From: Fidelibacterota bacterium 408169
GTDB taxonomy: Bacteria > Fidelibacterota > Marinisomatia > Marinisomatales > TCS55
Length of the DNA: 64,000 bases
Direction of reading: 5' to 3'
Assembly (NCBI GenBank): GCA_002256485.1
Contig: NNSG01000001.1
Span: 64,017-128,016, forward strand
Below, piece by piece: positions 59,824 through 64,000 of this stretch. The notes under the pieces were generated by a model. The model was not told the DNA's origin. It made no database searches and worked only from the letters and a program-made list of their open reading frames with translations. Both the position numbers and the translations under genes were made by a program. Numbering within the stretch: the first letter of the stretch is position 1; the number at the start of each line of letters is the position of its first letter.

Positions 59824-60624
59824 ATGAATTTAAATAACAAAACAGTTTTACTTACGGGCGCTTCGAGAGGAATAGGAACATATATAGCTAAAACCTTAGC
59901 AGAAGAAGGAGCAAAGATTATTGGGGTTGCTCGTTCAGAAGATGGGTTGAATGAAACGAAAGCTGAAGTCGAAAAGGATGGAGGAACATTTGAATCATTG
60001 CCTTTCAACATTAACAGAATTAATGATTTGTCAACGTTAGTTGATGAAGCTAAAGCGCTAAAAGGAAGCATCGATATTTTAGTAAATAACGCCGGGATTG
60101 AATGCTACAGTGAATATCAAGATTATTCAGCTGATGATGTTAGTGATGTGTTAAATATCAACTTACATGCTCCAATGGAATTGACACGATTACTATTACC
60201 TGAAATGTTGGAAAATGGGGGACATATTGTTACCATTGCTTCGCTCGCTGGGAAAAAAGGTGTGGCGTATAATACTCCCTATTCTGCCAGTAAAGCCGGA
60301 TTGATCATGTGGACGGATGGAATGCGTCAGGAATTAAGAGGAAGTAGAGTTGGAATTTCAGTCATTTGCCCCGGATATATTTCAGACGCTGGGATGTTTC
60401 ATGATGGACATCTGGATCCACCCGCAATGTTGGGATCATCCAAACCCCAAGCAGTAGCTGATGCTGTTGTAAAAGCGATAAAAAATAACAGTGCTGAAAT
60501 AATTGTAAATAGCGGTCCAATCAAACCATTGTTAGCACTTGGACAAATTTCTCCACGTTTAGGTGATTCAGTTGTCCGAATATTTGGAGTATCTAAAGTA
60601 AGTAAAAAAAGGATAAATGAATGA
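59824..60624 (+). CDS. Short-chain dehydrogenase/reductase
   Basis: TGASRGIG, LVNNAG, YSASK. Confidence 0.93.
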   Translation: MNLNNKTVLLTGASRGIGTYIAKTLAEEGAKIIGVARSEDGLNETKAEVEKDGGTFESLPFNINRINDLSTLVDEAKALKGSIDILVNNAGIECYSEYQDYSADDVSDVLNINLHAPMELTRLLLPEMLENGGHIVTIASLAGKKGVAYNTPYSASKAGLIMWTDGMRQELRGSRVGISVICPGYISDAGMFHDGHLDPPAMLGSSKPQAVADAVVKAIKNNSAEIIVNSGPIKPLLALGQISPRLGDSVVRIFGVSKVSKKRINE

Positions 60625-61685
60625 AATTCTTAAAGCGTATTGGAATAGTCGTTGGACTCTTATTATTGTATCTTTTCTTTTGGCCAGTTGATATTGACCC
60701 TGCCGTTTGGGAACCACCTGTTGATGAAGGTTTAATTGGCGATTATTCTCCTAATAGTCATTTATCAAATGTTGAATTACTTGGCGTGGGAGATGGTATA
60801 GGACCAGAAGATATTGATGTGGATAGTGAAGGTCGAATTTACGCTCCATATGAAGATGGCCGTATACTACGTTATGATTCCAATGGTAAGAATTCTGAAT
60901 TATTTGTGAACACTGGCGGCCGGCCTTTGGGAATGGAATTTGATGCGAATGGGAATTTGATTGTTTGTGATGGATTAAAAGGGCTTTTATCTGTAAGTCC
61001 GGAAGGGCAATTAACAACACTGGCAACAGAAGCAAATGGCGTTCCATTTGGTTTTACGGATGATGTGGACATAGCAATAGATGGGATTATTTATTTTTCG
61101 GATGCATCATATCGATGGGCAATTAAAGATTATCGGTCTGATATAATTGAGCATATACCTTATGGGCGATTATTAGCGTACAATCCGAATACGAAAGAAT
61201 CGACAGTTATACTAAATGACTTATATTTTGCCAATGGTGTGGCCGTGAGTCCTGATCAATCTTTTGTTTTAATAAATGAAACGTCAGAATACAGAATCCA
61301 AAAAGTATGGATTAGTGGAGAAAAAACAGGTACATCAGAAATCTTGATGGATAATTTACCTGGTATTCCAGATGGAATTTCATCTAATGGAAAAGGAATC
61401 TTTTGGGTGGCATTTCCTTCAAAGAGAAAGGAAATTATAGATAATTTAGCCGGGAAACCGTTTGTCCGCAAAATGGTTATGCGCTTGCCTGAATCTATGC
61501 AGCCTGCACCGGATCGTTTTGGTTTTATTATAGGAATCGATGGTGAAGGGAATGTAATTCATAACTTACAAGATCCTAATCCGGAATCATTTTCACCCAT
61601 TACCAGTGTGGAAGAACATGAGGGATATCTATATTTAGGTAGTTTGACGTTTGAAGGCTTCGGGAGAATTAAAACACCGGATTAA
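60621..61685 (+). CDS. Strictosidine synthase/SMP-30-like beta-propeller (APMAP-like)
   Basis: GPEDI, GRPLGM, FTDDVD, YFSDAS, GRLL, LYFANGVA, NLPGIPDGI. Confidence 0.9.
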   Translation: MKFLKRIGIVVGLLLLYLFFWPVDIDPAVWEPPVDEGLIGDYSPNSHLSNVELLGVGDGIGPEDIDVDSEGRIYAPYEDGRILRYDSNGKNSELFVNTGGRPLGMEFDANGNLIVCDGLKGLLSVSPEGQLTTLATEANGVPFGFTDDVDIAIDGIIYFSDASYRWAIKDYRSDIIEHIPYGRLLAYNPNTKESTVILNDLYFANGVAVSPDQSFVLINETSEYRIQKVWISGEKTGTSEILMDNLPGIPDGISSNGKGIFWVAFPSKRKEIIDNLAGKPFVRKMVMRLPESMQPAPDRFGFIIGIDGEGNVIHNLQDPNPESFSPITSVEEHEGYLYLGSLTFEGFGRIKTPD

Positions 61686-62551
61686 AAAGGCAGCTTTTCT
61701 AAAATGGGTTTTATTTTTTCAATGAATGGATTAAATGTTTCTTTGACTTTATTTTTTACAATTCTCCATGGATTAAACCAATACATGGAATGGGGGAATT
61801 GATCTTCCCTGATTAAGGGTCGAAAATAATGAGTACGTTTATCAAAGTAATAATCATATATCATCCAACCAATATTCGTTAAAGGGAAAATAACTGTAAC
61901 AGATTGATATTGCTGTCCGGCGGAGGAAAGTCCGGGAATAAAATTCATGATACTGGTGCCCATTGCACCACCCATGGTTTTTGCCTTTTGAAATAAGGAT
62001 GCATCTGTTGGAAGACTTTCACTCCGATCTCCGTAATAAGATAATGTTTGCAATCCTAACCCAGTCAGTACAAGGCACACACCCGTAATGCAGCCACGGC
62101 GAACTGAATGCTCCATATAAGATGCGTCAATGCGTATTAAATGGACGTCGAATAAGCTCAATTTATGTCCCAATTTATTTTCATTTGTGGCAAGATATAC
62201 GTAAGGCTCATCCATCCTATGATCAATTTCAATTGCTCTATAATTCAGCGTATCACCAGTAATCGTAATAAGAAAACCACTTCGTTCTTCAATGAGTTTT
62301 AGGCGGTCTTCATAATTGGGACTGATATAATATAATTTTCCGAATGAATTATAAATATAGTAAACATCATCCAAGGCTAATTTCTGCTGATCGAGTTTAT
62401 GCTCCGATGTAATGAAAACAGTTTCAGAATTCATTGAATCAACAATTCCGACAATTGATGTGCCATCTAAATTCATGACGATGTGCTGTACATTTTCTTG
62501 GCTAAATGAAAATGATATAAAAATCAATAATAAGGTTAATCTGCGCATCAT
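61682..62551 (-). CDS. Hypothetical exported/membrane protein
   Basis: Signal peptide MMRRLTLLLIFISFSFSQ (start set at 62551); C-terminal hydrophobic segments. Confidence 0.7.
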   Translation of the reverse strand: MMRRLTLLLIFISFSFSQENVQHIVMNLDGTSIVGIVDSMNSETVFITSEHKLDQQKLALDDVYYIYNSFGKLYYISPNYEDRLKLIEERSGFLITITGDTLNYRAIEIDHRMDEPYVYLATNENKLGHKLSLFDVHLIRIDASYMEHSVRRGCITGVCLVLTGLGLQTLSYYGDRSESLPTDASLFQKAKTMGGAMGTSIMNFIPGLSSAGQQYQSVTVIFPLTNIGWMIYDYYFDKRTHYFRPLIREDQFPHSMYWFNPWRIVKNKVKETFNPFIEKIKPILEKLPF

Positions 62552-62596
62552 TCTATTGCAAACTTTTCTACTTCTCGCATTATATTCTACTCTGTT

Positions 62597-63262
62597 ATGT
62601 GCTGCAGATATCATTTAATAGCCTCCCTAATATTAACATCTTTTATCATTGCCCAGCCAAAGATAAGTGGGCGCTTGGGAATGGGATATTCATCTCCCGA
62701 TTACAAAACATTTGCAGAAAATCCCTTTCCATCTTTGGGAGTGACGGAAACTATGATGGTCAATTTTTCTTTTACCTATCAAGTATATTCTAATGCCCGT
62801 GTAGGTTTTAGTGAATGGATTTCTTTTACTAGTGATAAATATGAAGGTGAGGATTTTAGTCGTTCTATCAAATACAGGGCAGTATTTATAGAAACCTTTT
62901 TTTTCCCGATGAAAAAGTTGGAATTAAATTTTACATTGGGACCTTTGATTAATTCTGGGAGTATTTCTTTAACAACAAAACAAACTATAGATGTGTGGGG
63001 CAATTTGATGGAAGAATTCGATAACTCCAGTATAGATATTTCATCTTCTGATGAAATGACGACTACATTCTATGGTGTTACCAGTTCGTTCGGTGCTCGG
63101 TTTTATCTTAAACCATATTTAGCTGTTGAAGCACAAATAGGATTTATGGAAAATTATTATTCAAAAGATAATTGGTCATTTCAGGGAAAAGATATCAAAG
63201 GGCCGAATATTGATGTGGAAGATCTGCCATTATTTACATTCGGGTTGGTCTACGGATGGTAA
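62597..63262 (+). CDS. Hypothetical small outer-membrane beta-barrel
   Basis: Signal peptide, alternating beta-strands, terminal FTFGLVYGW. Confidence 0.65.
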   Translation: MCCRYHLIASLILTSFIIAQPKISGRLGMGYSSPDYKTFAENPFPSLGVTETMMVNFSFTYQVYSNARVGFSEWISFTSDKYEGEDFSRSIKYRAVFIETFFFPMKKLELNFTLGPLINSGSISLTTKQTIDVWGNLMEEFDNSSIDISSSDEMTTTFYGVTSSFGARFYLKPYLAVEAQIGFMENYYSKDNWSFQGKDIKGPNIDVEDLPLFTFGLVYGW

Positions 63263-63594
63263 AGTTATTTGCAATAGCTATTATATGTTTTTCAGTATTA
63301 TTAGGACAAGAAACAAAGAAAACAGAAAATCCGTGTCAATCTGAATTGATTAAAAAAGCTAAAAGAGAAGGAGTTCGATCCATTAAAATAGCTGAATTAC
63401 CAACATACGTTATAGAACTCTGGAAGTGTCGAAAAGAAAATGAAGGTAAAAAAACATTAAAAAGAATCAATGAAAAAACATATATCGAAGATTATGAATC
63501 TGCAGAATCGTTTGTGGGATTTACTGCAACGTGTGCTTACTGTTCTGCAGCATCTGTTTTAATCTTTTATATTTTTAAATTATCAGGTAATTAA
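63256..63594 (+). CDS. Hypothetical protein
   Basis: Signal peptide and C-terminal hydrophobic segment. Confidence 0.6.
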   Translation: MVKLFAIAIICFSVLLGQETKKTENPCQSELIKKAKREGVRSIKIAELPTYVIELWKCRKENEGKKTLKRINEKTYIEDYESAESFVGFTATCAYCSAASVLIFYIFKLSGN

Positions 63595-63612
63595 CTAAAT
63601 AAAAAAGGAATA

Positions 63613-64000
63613 ATGATGAATCGAAATATTGTAGCAGTTGTTTTTATAATTCTCGCCATAGTCTTGATTATAGAGCGAAAGGATAATCCACAAGTGAATA
63701 AGCCATCAGCAAATCCGCTGATTGTTGATTTTAATGAAGTTCATGATTTTGCCAATTTACGTCCGGGGCATATAGAGCGAGCTACCAAGTACGTTTTAGA
63801 ATCTTCGGATTTAATTCTATCAGACATTTTATCTGTTCCGGATGCTGAAAGATCTTTTGAGAATACCATGGTGGCAATAGATGATATTTATGTAATAATT
63901 GAATCTGTCTGGAGTCCGGGATATCTCATGGGCTCAACTCACACAAATGAGAATATTCGCGATGAAGGACTCGCTTCCAGCCAAACGATACAGAAATATT
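63613..64000 (+). CDS. 5' part of an M3-family oligopeptidase, truncated by the window edge
   Basis: Manual translation: signal/TM then NPLIVDFNEVHDFANLRPGHIERA...RSFENTMVAID; frame open to the edge; AAGGA RBS. Confidence 0.75.
   Translation, partial: MMNRNIVAVVFIILAIVLIIERKDNPQVNKPSANPLIVDFNEVHDFANLRPGHIERATKYVLESSDLILSDILSVPDAERSFENTMVAIDDIYVIIESVWSPGYLMGSTHTNENIRDEGLASSQTIQKY

Overview
AT-rich bacterial chromosomal segment, densely coding and mostly housekeeping or envelope genes. These include guaB, rpsT, tatC, waaA, ftsY, rimO, uvrB, galE, asnS, nadE, lepA, lgt, accA and asnA, plus tRNA-Ala(GGC) and tRNA-Gly(GCC). Gene content suggests an FCB-superphylum organism such as a Marinimicrobia-like lineage (inference only). 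The main discovery is a selenoprotein missed by the ORF track at 57222-58409. It is an UshA-like lipoprotein with a P-C-G-UGA motif, an fdhF-like SECIS hairpin 11 nt downstream and degenerate phosphoesterase motifs. It is tightly linked to a membrane-anchored rhodanese and a MauE/DoxX CGC protein, suggesting an extracytoplasmic Se/S redox module. Other notable items: (1) a thiolase lacking its catalytic Cys, with DUF35 and hydratase neighbours, resembling an Ltp2-type aldolase; (2) an orphan Pycsar-type (DUF5706) effector coupled to a collagen lipoprotein and a secreted nuclease; (3) a lipoprotein gene broken by one in-frame TAA; (4) Bacteroidetes-type promoter motifs; (5) REP-like inverted repeats; (6) a hicAB pair with an operator-like palindrome. 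All family assignments come from motif recognition by eye; no database searches were run. No CRISPR array, rRNA, integrase or transposase was seen.
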